Shown piece after piece: positions 23,701 through 36,050 of a stretch of DNA of 64,000 nucleotides. The notes beneath the pieces were generated by a model. The model saw only the letters and a program-made list of their open reading frames with translations, had not been told where the DNA came from and ran no database searches. The first letter of the stretch is position 1. Each line of letters opens with the position of its first letter. Where the stretch lies: assembly GCF_032191835.1 (NCBI RefSeq), contig NC_083237.1, forward strand, positions 10,664,001-10,728,000. The letters run 5' to 3'. This DNA comes from Heteronotia binoei (lineage: Eukaryota). A program made the position numbers and the translations under genes.

Positions 23701-26700
23701 TAATCCTCACAAGAATCTGGTGCAGTAGATTAGGCTCAATGTGTATGACTTGCCCAAGATCACAGAATGAACTTCCATGGCAGATTGGGGATTTCTTTAA
23801 ACCTGAGTATCCCAGATTTAATCTGATACTCTGCTATACTACGCCGACATTCATGGGGTTGTTGCTATTGGACAGTAGCAAACAGAACTGTAAAATGGGT
23901 GTTAGCAAATCATTCAGTGGTGGCTGCTAGGCCTAACCCAGATAAGTCTTCCCTCAAAGGCCAAAACACCTCTGTAAATGGCCTTCCCCCAATCATCTTT
24001 TGTTGACACCCACTAAGTCTTAAACTGACAATAATGTTGTAGTTGCCTAGCAAAAGCAACAGATAATTTGTTTCTAAAAGACACCGGATCTGCTTCTATG
24101 ATTTGAGAACATAAGAGAAGCCATGTTGGATCAGACAAATGGCCATCCGGTCCAACACTCTGTGTCGCACAGTGGCCAAAAAACCCAAGTGCCATGAGGA
24201 GGCGCACCACCGGGGCCAGGACACTAGAAGCCCTTCCACTGTGCCCCCTCCAAGCACCAAGAATATAGAGCATCACTGTCCCAGACAGAGTGTCCCAACG
24301 ATAAGGTTTTCCACTGATGGACCTCTGCTCTATATTCTTATTCAATCCACTCTTGAAGCTGTCTATGCTTGTAGCCGCCACCACCTTTTGTGGAAGTGAA
24401 TTCCATGTGTTAATCACCCTTCGGGTGAAGAAGTACTTCTTTTTATCCATTCTAACCTGACTGCTCAGCAATTTTATTAAATATCCACGAGTTCTCATAT
24501 TCTGAGAAAGGGAGAAAAGTACTTCTTTCTTGACCTTCTCTATCCCATGGATAATCTTGTAAACCTCTATCACGTCACCCCTCGGTCATGGTTTCTCCAA
24601 GCTAAAAAGCCCCAAGCATTTCCACCTTCATAGGGAAAGTGTTCCAACCGTTTAATTATTCTAGTTGCCCTTTTCTGCACTTTTTCCAATGCTATAGTAT
24701 CTTTTTTGAGGTGCAATGACCAGAATTGTACACAATATTCCAAATGAGGACACACCATCGATTTATTCAGGGGCATTATGATACTGACTGATTTTTTTCA
24801 ATTCCCTTCCTAATCATTCCCAGCACAGCACTGGCCTTTATAATTGCAATCAAACACTGTCTTGACATTTTCAGTGAGTTATCTACCATGAACCCACGAT
24901 CTCTCTCTTGGTCAGTCTCTGCCATTTCACACCCCACCAACTTCTATTTATAGTTAGGATTTTTGGCCCCAGTGTGCATTCCTTTGCATTTGGCCATATT
25001 GAACCTCATTTGCCATGTTGACGCCCACTCACCCAGCCGCGACAGATCCCTTTGGAGTGCCACACAATCCTCTCTGGTTCTCACCACTCTGAACAATTTA
25101 GTGTCATCTGCAAACTTAGCCACTTCACTGCTTACTCCCAACTCCAAATCATTAATGAACAAATTAAAAAGCATCAGACCCAATACTGAGTCCTGGGGCA
25201 CCCCACTGCTTACCATCCTCCACTGAAAAAAATGCCCATATATACTCACTCTCTGTTTCCTATCAATTAGACATTTTTTGATCCACAAGAGTACTTGTCC
25301 TTTTACCTCATGACTCTCAAGCTTACTAAGGAGCCTTTGATGAAGAACTTTATCAAAAGCTTTCTGAAAGTCAACGTAAACAACATCAATTGGATCCCCT
25401 TTGTCCATATGTTTGTTCACTCCCTCAAAGGACTCCAACAAGTTAATGAGACAAGATCTTCCCTTACAGATCCCAGATGCTGAGTTTTCCTCAATAACTT
25501 TTGTTTATCAATGTGCCTGCTAATTCTCAGATTGATAATGTTTTCCAAAAACTTTCCCGGTATTGAAGTCAGACTGACTGGCCTGTAATTTCCCAGATCG
25601 CAAGCCTTTTTAAAGATGGGAGTGACATTTGCTACCTTCCAGTCCTCAGGAACGGAGGCAGATTTCAATGAAAGATTACATATTTTTTGTCAGGAGATCC
25701 AAAATTTCACCTTTGAGTTCATTTAGAACTCTTGGATGTATGCCATCTGGGCCTGGAGACTTATCACTTTTTAATTTGTCTATTAATTGTAGGACCTCCT
25801 ATCTTGTCACCTCAATCTGACTCAGGTCAGATTTGGGGAGTTATACCTGTCAATGCTTGGGGATTTTTTTGGGGGGTGGGGATGGGACTTAACTGGGATG
25901 TTTCTCAGGTTTGTAGAAAATTTCCTCCTGTCTGTTTACTTTTCCAATTTCCATCTTTATGTATCCACAGAAGTGGCCACATTGAAGATTATAGCTATTG
26001 ATGATATGAGAGCAAGAAGGAGAGATATTCTGAAGTTTAATAATGTTAGAACTCTTAGATTTTGTATCCCAGAATGTTTAATGATACACAATAGAATCAA
26101 AGGAAGACAGGGTCCAGATATGAGCAAAGAAAACTTTCAGAGCCCACATCACCCATATGAAGATTGGAGTTCCCCACCAAAATACACTTTAAACCATACT
26201 TGGCTCATATTCCTTGGCCATGAAATCATTTCCTTTTGAATGATGAATTCTTGTCCTACAAGAGCATTGGGATTCACTCTTCCAACTTTCACTCTAAGAA
26301 AGGACTTGTTTGGGAAGGTGATGAAGTTTGTTATGTCAAATCCAGTTCCCATTTCTCTCTTTGCATTAAAAGACATGGCTTCTCCTTCTGAGTTATTAAA
26401 CACAATGCCTTGAAGGACTGGATGAAGCTGGTTGAAACCAACGGGGAAAAGAATGTCATTTATAACTATATACAGGCAGAACATTTAGAAGGAAATTCAG
26501 TTCTCCTTCCCCCCAGATATCAACCAACATCTGGTCAACAGTGGTTCAGAATGGACCAAGCTAGGTATTGTCTTCCATCCATTGATGGAAACAGAGGCAT
26601 TGTTATGGTGGAGAGATTACCTGCCAAGGCTGAATATCTGGAAATTCAATGTTTTTCCTTCCTGGAATTGCTCTGTAGATGGATCTCGATGAGTACATGG

Positions 26701-29700
26701 CATGCAATGCATGTGCCACAGCATAGACGGAATTATAGATGCTGTAACTATGACCACTCATGTCCATTTCAAAAACTGCCCGAGGGAGGTTCGCTAGCCT
26801 CTCCTCTCCAGTACATGCATCCAGGATCTCCATTCCCTTCTGGGGACTCTGAAGTGTACAATCAAAGGCTTGTTCCCAAAAGGTCTCTAGAAAACAATCT
26901 CCTTTCTTCCAGTAAGGGTGTACATTCTGAAGAAATGTCTGAAATCCAGCTACTTCATTTGAGTGAGCTGTAAAGGAAATTGCACCATCAAAGTATTGGA
27001 AATCCCAGTGCTTTTGACAACCTACTAATGCAAAATCAACCTGGCCTGTCAGAATCCACACCTTTCTGTAGGAGGCATTTTCTTTATATCCAGGATCTCC
27101 TAGGAGCATATGCATGATAAATATCAGAAAGGTTCTTGATTCTCCATAGAAGATATATGCATTGGCTTTGCTTTCTGTGAAAGGTCGATATATAGTTGAT
27201 ATAAACTCATTAACATCAAAAATTTTGTTCAATCCAATAGTGTTTGGACATCTCTCAGTGAAGGCTGAACAGATTCCATGTTTGGAAAGCAGTGGCTCCA
27301 GGACTTTCAAGAAATGTTCTCCATTGTCATTATCCACAGCAAACAGCCCGACCCACATCCAGCCAAAATGCTGAAGCAGCCAGATAATCCCCATGTACTG
27401 AAGTTCATCATTTGATACCATGCGGTAAAAGGAATGGAACAGTTTTGTATCCTTCTCCTCTGGGGGAAATGAACCATACGTGAGCTAAAAGGAAAGTTCA
27501 GATATTCTACAATTAATTGTGTGGGGTGTTGGCACGCTTGATTTTCTTTGTACAATGAATAATTGTTGGAAGTAGTTGATGACTTCATCAACAATTGAGT
27601 TACACTGAGTGGAAATTCTAGCTGGAAACACAGTGCTCTTTTGACCACTGCCACCCTCTTGCATCAAGTGAAGATACAAGATAACAACATATGCAACAAA
27701 ACTAAATACATTAAAATGGTAAGTCTGTAACATGAAGCAATTTCATGAACTTTGAAGAACAGGTTGTATTAAGAACGTCAATTGCAGCTTGAAGAAACCT
27801 TGGAGATTTTGAAGAGGAGTTTGTTGAAGGATTGGGATGAGGACCAAAGCAGGCTCAGCAGGAATGTGATGCTGTAGAGAACTCAAGGCCTCACCTGGAG
27901 GCAAGGAACCTAAACTGTAACAAAGGCACTTCATTGTCAGCATCTGGGGCAACTTCATCATGGTTCCTGATTTGGCTGGAATGACCACAAGCTTTGCTTA
28001 TTCCAGCCTGAAACTCAAATCTCTGCTGAGAAGTGTTATACCACATCCCAACTACCCCATACCATTCAAGAAAACAAAGGTAAAGGTGATGATAGTCAGA
28101 ACCAAGAGTGTCCCTTCCAGAACCCATTCTGTCAATCCAGCTAATGATTGACAGAATGGGTTCTCTCACTTCTTCACCAAAATTTAAAAAAAAAATAACA
28201 AAAGAAATGTGAAATGAGTGTTCCTTCCAGAACCCATTTTGTCAATCCATGTAATGATTTTAAAACAGCCCTTCATGCATTGATGAGTCAGAGTATTCTC
28301 CAATTATCCCTACTTGAGTTCTACCCATTACCCAGTCAGATCCTGCAATTCCTATTTATGGCCTAACCAGTTGTCGAACTGGGACAGGAGTCCCAACCTC
28401 TTTGAGACTGTGGGCACAACATGAATTCTCTTCCATTGTCGGGACAACTGCTCAGTTCACTAGGGATTTCTCATGGCTCATTTGAAGCAGGTAAATTGGC
28501 TTCACTAGATTCACTAATGAACCTATCAGAAATAGCTATGGGAAAGAAATATCCTAGAAGGACCTATCCTAACTCCAACTTCCTGATACTTCTTGGCTGT
28601 CTGATGTAACCTTCCTTTTTTTTGGTACTTTTGCAAATCACACAAACTTGATTTTGCTGTTTGTTATAACTCTCTCTTCATCACCAGAATTAAAAAACAA
28701 ACAAAAGAAATGTGAAATTAAACACCACACAGTATACTTCCTACCTGTGGAATCTTATAAAGACCAAAGATATCTGCCATTTGAAAGGAGGTATCAAAGG
28801 AAAGTCCGCCAATGACAGCCATCAGGTTTTTATGAGTGTCACACATATAATTGGGGAAGCTTCGATGTATCTTGAAAATAAGGTCAAAAGAGCTGCGATA
28901 GGTCACTCTTGCATCATAATAGCTGTCAGAGATGTGGACTCCAAGTGTGATATTGGGTAAGGTCTGGATATTAGCATTGACCTCACTGATAGCGAATTCC
29001 AAGGCCAGGACATGCTGGTACAACTTTGTCACGACACTGTGGATAGACAAGGGTTATTTTATACGATAATTCTGTAATGCACCACATTTTATCATACTAT
29101 TGATCATTTTGTCTCTGATGACTGAATTAATTCAATAAAAGGCTATTTTAAATATTTTACTGATTTTTTTCTAAGATATTAAACATTTCTTTATTTACAT
29201 GAAATAACATTTGGCTTATCTAGAATGTACTGCTCTATGAATTTCTTTAGGAAATAAAAATAAGAGAAACTGTCTTTTCCCACCTCAAAGCAGTGAACAA
29301 TAAAAGAATGGAAGAATGGAAGAAGCTAAACTGGTGGGAAAGAAGACCTCGGAAAAGCAGAACAGAAAACAGGTACATGCAAACATTCTGCAACAAAGGA
29401 AGCAGTTTTACTAAAGGACTCTTATTTCTAAGAGCCAGTTGGGTGTAGTGGTTAAGTGTGCGAACTCTTATCTGGGAGAACCGGGTTTGATTCCCCAATC
29501 TTCCACTTGCACCTGCTAGCATGGCCTTGGGTCAGCCGTAGTTCTGGCAGAGGTTGTCCTTGAAAGGGCAGCTGCTGTGAGAGCCCCCTGCAGCCCCACC
29601 CACTTCACAGCGTGTCTGTTGTGGGGGAGGAAGATAAAGGAGATTGTGAGCCGCTCTGAGACTCTTCAGAGTGAAGGGTGGGTTATAAATCCAATAATTT

Positions 29701-32223
29701 CTTCTAATATGGCCTATTTTTAATTCAGTAAAGAAATGGTTTTATTGCTTTCCAGGATGTTATAAATGACTGGCAATCCTAATAAACATTTATTCTATAT
29801 TCCACCTCGAATCCCATGCCTTGATTTTGGTCATCGGCGATATTGTTATTGTTGTTGTCCTTCAAGTCACAGCTGAATGATGGTAACACTATAGAATTTT
29901 CAAGACAAGAGATGTTCAGAGGGGGTTTGCTATTGCCTGCTTCCATGTCATGACTCTGGTGTGCCTTGGTGGGCTCCTATACAAACACTCATCAGGGCCC
30001 ACCCTGCTTAGCTTCCAAGGTCTGACAACATAGGGCTAACTTGGGCTATCCAGTTAATGGTCATCAACAAAATGATAATCCAGATTTAATGCTTACAAAC
30101 TATAGGTACTGAAAGAATCGATTCCCACAATATTGTGCTCATATCATTTTGGTTGTCACTAACAGATTCCTAATTAGACTTTGCATTCCTGGCTTCAATT
30201 GCTAGAAATAAGGTCTCAAAAGTGCATTTGTCTAGAACGTTGAATACATTTTTCCAGCATTTCTTTTCACTACAGGGAAACATCACATAACAGAATATTT
30301 CTTACTTTTCCAGCTCAGATATTTATGAGAAGTATTATTTTCTGGTTTTGCAATACTGTCTGGTGTAATAAGAGCCCCGTGGCACAGAGTGGTAAAGCTG
30401 TAGTACTGCAGTCGGAGCCGTCTGCTCACGACCCGAGTTCGATTCCAGCGGATGCTGGTTCAGGTAGCCGGCTAGAGCTTGACTCAGCCTTCCATTTTTC
30501 CTGATTGGTGAAATGTGTACCCAGCTTGCTGGGGTGAAAGTGTAGATGACTGGTGAAGGCAATGGCAAACCAACCCATACAAAGGTTTGCTGTGAAAACG
30601 TTGTGAAAGCTGCGTCACCCCAGAGTCGGAAATGACTGGTGATTGCACAGGGGACCTTTCCTTTCCTTTTCCTGGTGTAATGTATCATCTACACATTCTT
30701 TATATATTTCTCATTTTTATATTTACCTACCTTTCTTAATATCTTTATATAAAAGGTACCATTTTTCTTTGAAATGCTAATCAATAGATCTTCCCTCCCC
30801 ACCAGGGCTTTCATCTGCATGTGTTAATAAACTATGTTGACACACAGAGAGAGTAGACAATAATTTTAACAGCTTTTCCAGTACCTTAAGAAAGGTTTCC
30901 TTTTTAAAGACTAAAATAATTTGATTTATGGCTATTTAATGATATAAACCCGCACATTTCAAGTCACTGACAGCTTTTTGTGTAGTTTCTCAGCCTTTTG
31001 ACTAAGATCAAGTGTGTGTTTGGTAGCAATGTTTAGTCGTTATCTACTAGTCCAATTATTCTCAAATCCATCCAAGGATTAGACACTCCTAGATCGAAGG
31101 CCTGCCCAAATTATTTCCCTGGTAGGAAAAGCATATATAATGTTTTTAATCTAAATTGCTTCCCACTTGGAAGCATAATAGTATTTTCAATATTGGGTAT
31201 GGCCATTTTGCCTTGTGGCCGAGATTTTTCTTTTATCCTCGTCTAAATGCTAAGTTTCTTATTACTCCAAATAGACTTATGAAATAAAAAGAGTATGCTA
31301 GATAGCAAGGATTGGTTTACAAGTAATGAAAAATCCATAAATACAAATACATACACAATTGTAGTTAAAAAAAAAAAATCATTGTTTAGGTACCTACACT
31401 GTCTTAACCAAACTGGCTTTTGAACAATCTCCCCCACTCTTTTTCAGTAAGTATGGATTTCCCTTAGTTACACCATTCAAGTGGTAGCAATGTATAGAAA
31501 TATCACAAAAAGCGTATGTGGTTTTGGTGCTTCTAAAATATTATTTATAACTAATAAGGTTGCCAGCTTCTCCCCAACGAACGGTGAGGGATGGGGGGGT
31601 TGGTTTGCCAGATCCAAGCTGGAAATTTGGGGATGCAGACTGGGGAGGACAGGGATCACAGTAGGGTGCAAAGACAAAGTGTCCACCCTCCAAAGCATCT
31701 ATTTTCTCCAGGGAACTGATCACTGTAGTCATGGAGATGAGCCTTACTTGTGGGGGATTCCTAGGTTCCAACTGACAGCTGGCATCTTTCCTACCTGCCC
31801 TGGTCCTGCTTTCCAAAACAGAGATTCTGTTGTGGGAGAAGAAAGTCAGCATTCTTTGTAACAAACAATAGAGAACAATAGCCACAAAATGATTTGAAGG
31901 GTAGGGACGCAAGTCTGGGAGCACTTTCTTCGAGCATCCTGCCTATTGTATAAATAATTCACAGGTTTTGTAATCTGAGTTCATAGAAAAGACCAAAGAG
32001 ATGTCATTCCTTACTTGGGAACCTCAAACAAGTCCGGTGAAGGGTTTTTCCTAAAATCCAGGTCACAAAACACATAGCAGATCTGAGAAACAATCCCACC
32101 AAGGAGGAAGTTCCCTGGCTGGTACAACTCATGGAGGTCAGGGAGGGCATCTCTCAGAGGACACTTGCCTGATTTGCTGGTCATCACAGTCTGTAGAAGT
32201 GGCATCATCATGAATGCTACCAT
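20792..32223 (-). CDS. Vmn2r: V2R copy C, complete 873-aa receptor
   Basis: Exons 32223-32015, 29036-28745, 27484-26621, 26427-26200, 22935-22809, 21693-20792; same lengths and phases as B, open frame throughout. Confidence 0.95.
21906..22080. mobile_element. MITE with long terminal inverted repeats, intron 5 of C (paralogues 43401-43863 in D, 59300-59470 in E; absent from B)
   Basis: CAGGGGTGGAATTCTAGCAGGAGCTCCTTTGCATATTA...TAATACACAAAGCAGCTCCTGCGAGAATTCCACCCC. Confidence 0.78.
24106..25829 (-). mobile_element. 5'-truncated, decayed CR1 LINE in intron 4 of copy C
   Basis: RT fragments [41 protein letters not shown]; 3' end TTCTCTTATGTTCT; flanked by GATTTG (24100-24105, 25830-25835), a possible TSD. 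Confidence 0.92.
29431..29705 (+). mobile_element. tRNA-derived SINE, Squam3-like, intron 1 of C
   Basis: AGAGCCAGTTGGGTGTAGTGGTTAAG...GGGTTTGATTCCCC...GTGAGCCGCTCTGAG...TATAAATCCAAT; absent from A and B. Confidence 0.82.
29856..30055 (-). mobile_element. 5S-derived SINE, paralogous copy in C
   Basis: ACCCTGCTTAGCTTCCAAGGTCTGACAA matches the reverse complement of 5S rRNA; same intron position. Confidence 0.7.
30370..30671 (+). mobile_element. Sauria/Squam1-like SINE (tRNA head, RTE/BovB-type tail), intron 1 of C
   Basis: Box A GTGGCACAGAGTGG, box B GAGTTCGATTCC, tail GGCAATGGCAAACC...AGAGTCGGAAATGACT...(CCTTT)n; 10-bp TSD CTGGTGTAAT (30360-30369, 30672-30681). Confidence 0.82.
30982..31015 (+). 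pseudogene. RNU2: Truncated U2 snRNA retrocopy (about nt 1-34), intron 1 of C
   Basis: TTCTCAGCCTTTTGACTAAGATCAAGTGT versus U2 TTCTCGGCCTTTTGGCTAAGATCAAGTGT (27/29). Confidence 0.8.
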
Positions 32224-33402
32224 CTGATGGCAAAATTTCCCCACAGATACTGCTCCTCCTGGTCTCATCCTCAGTACTGGCTCAACTCAAACAGTATCTT
32301 GGCTTCATTAATACCCTTTGGACAAAGAAGCACGTCCACATTCCTTGCAGCATCAACTGGATAACGGAGGCCACCTGAGTCTGCCAAAGCTTTGGTTTCT
32401 CTTCCACCTTTTCAAAGCAAAATTGGAGAATTCAAACTGACAGAGCTCTGCCCCTGCTGAGCCTTTTCTCCAGCTGTTAATGGTGAAGGAGTTTTTAAAC
32501 ATCACAGTCTTGCTGGGTTATTGCTTATTTTCCTAAATTCTTTAGAAAACCCTCAGCTGCAGGAACAAATTACAGTGATTTAGATCATTCAAGGGGGAAT
32601 CATTGCCACTGTGAGCATTGAGGTCTGAGAGGTGCCACAACTTGGTTTAATTGATTGTTCCAGATGTGGCCCCAAGTTTCTTGTGCTTCCTCAGCAGGAC
32701 ATCTGATTACCTGCTGTGATTTGGGAAATGTCATGAAGAATTGGGGGGGGGGCGTGAAACTGTGGGGGCCAGGGTTTGAGTAGCAGAAGGAACTCAGCAA
32801 GGATATGAAGCCATGAAATCCACCCTCGAAAGTTATTTTCTCTTGGGGAACAGTCTTGATAACAGCTACCAGTCAGGGAGAACTTCACCCCACATGTGGA
32901 TCTTGTCACCCCCAACTAAGCAACAAATGGGAGATGATTTTGAGATATCCATGGGGTCCAAACACTACCCGGAAAGTTAAGTCCTAAAACCGTCTTTTAC
33001 AGATGTTCCATTTTAATGTGCATACTACCAGAGAAGCTCGAGTCCTTGGAAGCTTAAAACAAAACAGCAGGCCATTTTTAAACTGAATAGACACTTTTAC
33101 ATAATCCATTCATACATACAGTCCACAATAAGAATATGAAGAAAGTCTTGAATGATACTTTGAAACATATCTTAAATAACTTTACCTAAATCAAAGTAGA
33201 CATACATTGCATATTCACTCATGCACTGATTTGGAAATGTAAAATAATTTTGAGGTGGTATTTATTTTTCCATATCAGCTTCTTGATTGGTCTCAAAACA
33301 GCAAGCTATATTTAGACTCTTGCAGACCATTGTGTGATGGGGATGTCTCATGAACTCTATGTGTTTGGTTCACCCAGTATTTCCTGAGCATTCTCTCAAA
33401 AG

Positions 33403-33849
33403 NNNNNNNNNNNNNNNNNNNNNNNNNNNNNNNNNNNNNNNNNNNNNNNNNNNNNNNNNNNNNNNNNNNNNNNNNNNNNNNNNNNNNNNNNNNNNNNNNN
33501 NNNNNNNNNNNNNNNNNNNNNNNNNNNNNNNNNNNNNNNNNNNNNNNNNNNNNNNNNNNNNNNNNNNNNNNNNNNNNNNNNNNNNNNNNNNNNNNNNNNN
33601 NNNNNNNNNNNNNNNNNNNNNNNNNNNNNNNNNNNNNNNNNNNNNNNNNNNNNNNNNNNNNNNNNNNNNNNNNNNNNNNNNNNNNNNNNNNNNNNNNNNN
33701 NNNNNNNNNNNNNNNNNNNNNNNNNNNNNNNNNNNNNNNNNNNNNNNNNNNNNNNNNNNNNNNNNNNNNNNNNNNNNNNNNNNNNNNNNNNNNNNNNNNN
33801 NNNNNNNNNNNNNNNNNNNNNNNNNNNNNNNNNNNNNNNNNNNNNNNNN
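33403..33849. other. Assembly gap (447 N)
   Basis: N run after GAGCATTCTCTCAAAAG. Confidence 0.98.
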
Positions 33850-34089
33850 TATGCTGCCTTTCTACCTGCTCTAGGTCCCTAGGCCAGCAAACATTTTTTA
33901 AAAACTAACACATTTGAACCATTGAAATGCTTTTAAAAACTATCAAATATTTAATAAAAGAACATAAACAATCACCCCCAGTATCAGGATGGCAGACCAA
34001 TAACCATCATTGGGGTGGGGGGGGGGGTACACAAAACAAAGTGGAAAAATCTTTACCTGCTGGTGATAGATACTGACAGAGACTGGTTA

Positions 34090-34345
34090 ATCTACCTGGA
34101 GGGAGGGAGTTCCAAAGTTTTTGTGCCATGATTGGAAAAACCCATCCAGTCTCAGATGGTCAGGGCTACCAAGGCGAGGCCTCCAAAGATGACTGGTGTG
34201 TATGGGTCATGGTGCACCGACCTCCATAATAAAGAGGAACTGAGGGGGGTGGATTATCAAGAATTGTTGTGGAGTGTAGCCAGGGAAAAAAAGTGAATGC
34301 AGTCTTGTTCGTGAGGAGAGAATTTGTGGTCCAGTATATATTTGT
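34090..34345 (-). mobile_element. Ancient LINE (L2/CR1-like) ORF2 C-terminal remnant in the intergenic unit (also about 7530-7770, 19370-19620, 56530-56770)
   Basis: The reverse strand reads VFPIMAQKLWNSLPP, like the AFS.AAP.LWNSLP motif. Confidence 0.45.
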
Positions 34346-35235
34346 GCACTTGACCTGTCTTTTATAACAGGTACAGTCGGCCTTTCACTGCTTGATCTGT
34401 ACAACAACCCTGTGAGAGAAGTGAGGTTGATAGCAGATAAATGGCTCAAAGTAATCAAGATGAAGGATTTGAACCGGGGGCTGTCTTAGTTGTAGATCTC
34501 TAACCAGAACCCCTCCAGTGTCTTTGTACTCGATGTTTGAGTTTGGCTTCACACCTAGAACAAAGTATCACATTCCATGCTTCTTTATTGGTTTATATTT
34601 TGTGTCATCAGAGTAAGGGAGATGGTTTCCTAACTAAGCCATGAACGCCATTTTCCTATTGAAAACAGTTTCTCCAAGCTGATTTTTATGTCTTGGAATT
34701 ATATCCCTTTTAGCTGCAAACATGTTTAATCCTGCATATCCTGAAAACCATTTTGGTGCCCAGACTCAAATCGAGTTCTTCTACTGTGGGCTAGCACAGA
34801 TATCCTTTCATAAATTCTGTGAGGCTTTGTGAAAAGTGGATGTGTGGATTCAGTTCTTGAGAACTCATTAAACAAGAGACTATAAAATGATGTCCCAATG
34901 AAGGACAGAGGTCAGCTAGAAATTCTTCCATTTTATTTTGGGAAGATTGTATGCCTGTGAGCTTGTGTGTGTATGTGCACCTAAAAGACATGTCAACCTC
35001 TGGTGTCTGACCAATTGGGGGCATGGAAGACATTCAGAGAAGTGGCTGGATACAGCCTGCCCTCAGCTCCTGACTGCTGGTATTCCAAGGAGGATTCCCA
35101 TTCAAGTACTTGCCAGAGTCAGCCTGGCTTAATTTCTAAGGTCTGACAAGATTGGGTTGCCTAGGCTATCCATGTCAGCGTGTAATTCCTCCTTTGAAAG
35201 GTGTTTTTTTGCTATGTAAACAATGGAGTTGGTAG

Positions 35236-35413
35236 AATCCGGCCCCGCCCCGGCCGCGCTGCAAAGCCGGCTGCATCCGCGGGGCCGTGCTTTGCAGCCT
35301 CGGAGGAGGAAAGGCTGCTTCCCAGGCATCCGGGACCTTGGTGTGGGCGGAGGGCTGAGGCTATAAGTAGCCTCGGCCCCGCCTCTCCCCACGCAGTCCT
35401 GGGAGTTGTTTGG
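35236..35413 (+). repeat. Split direct repeat A1
   Basis: 178 nt, AATCCGGCCCCGCCCC...GTTGTTTGG; about 10 differences from A2, mostly CpG transitions. Confidence 0.92.
35354..35377 (+). promoter_or_regulatory. Putative TATA box of the element inside a palindrome (second copy 41168-41191)
   Basis: GCTGAGGCTA-TAAG-TAGCCTCGGC with TATAA at 35362-35366, downstream of GC-box-like CCGCCC/GGGCGG; identical in A2 (TATAA 41176-41180). Confidence 0.55.
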
Positions 35414-36050
35414 AGCGATCGGGCACGTCTGCTGCCTCGATCATTTGGGACTGCGTCAGCTCAGGCCTTGGGCGGCTCCAAGCTAGGTGTGCTATTGTCG
35501 GCGGTTGGGTTGGCTCTTCCTGGCGCCTGCCACAATGGGCTGAGGCGCGGAGTCATCGTTGGCATTTTGCTCGGATCGCCGGTCGTCGGCCCGATCTAGT
35601 AGCGATCGGGCGGGAGGCTTCCTGCGGCGTGCGGACTCCAGCAGTGCTTGCTGGGTTTGTTGGGAGTGAAGCAGGGCTTTAGGCGCTGCCTTCCACCCCC
35701 CCTTGTTTGTTTGTCGGGTATTTCTTCTTTCCCCCCTCGTGGCGCCCCAGGGCCTGGAGGCCAGCTAAATTGCGTGGTGTGCCTGGGTGGGCCCGTGTGG
35801 AATGCATTTGGTAGGCTGCTTCTAGGAGGAAGGGCAGGTGGAGTTTGGCCTGGGGGGTGAGAGCCTCTTTAGGGTGTTGACAGCATTCGCTGAGGCAAAC
35901 CCCCCCTTCCAGCTTTTTTGACAATTCATAACCCACCCACACACCTCCTCGCTTGGAGGCCTTCAGCGGCACTCCCCCCCCCGCCTTTTTTCACTGCTCA
36001 ACTTCTGTTGGTGGTGATTGTTGGTTTTCTTAGGGGTGGGGATTCGTGGC

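Noticed and set aside
26410-26973. Plus-strand ORFs over V2R exon 3/intron 3 (also 571-888, 12226-12600)
   Set aside because: Antisense shadows of conserved exons; lengths vary and there are no domain motifs.
29960-30055. 5S rRNA gene
   Set aside because: Degenerate, partial and fused to a retroposon tail; a SINE head, not a gene.
33350-33874. ORFs spanning N runs
   Set aside because: Artefacts of translating gaps.
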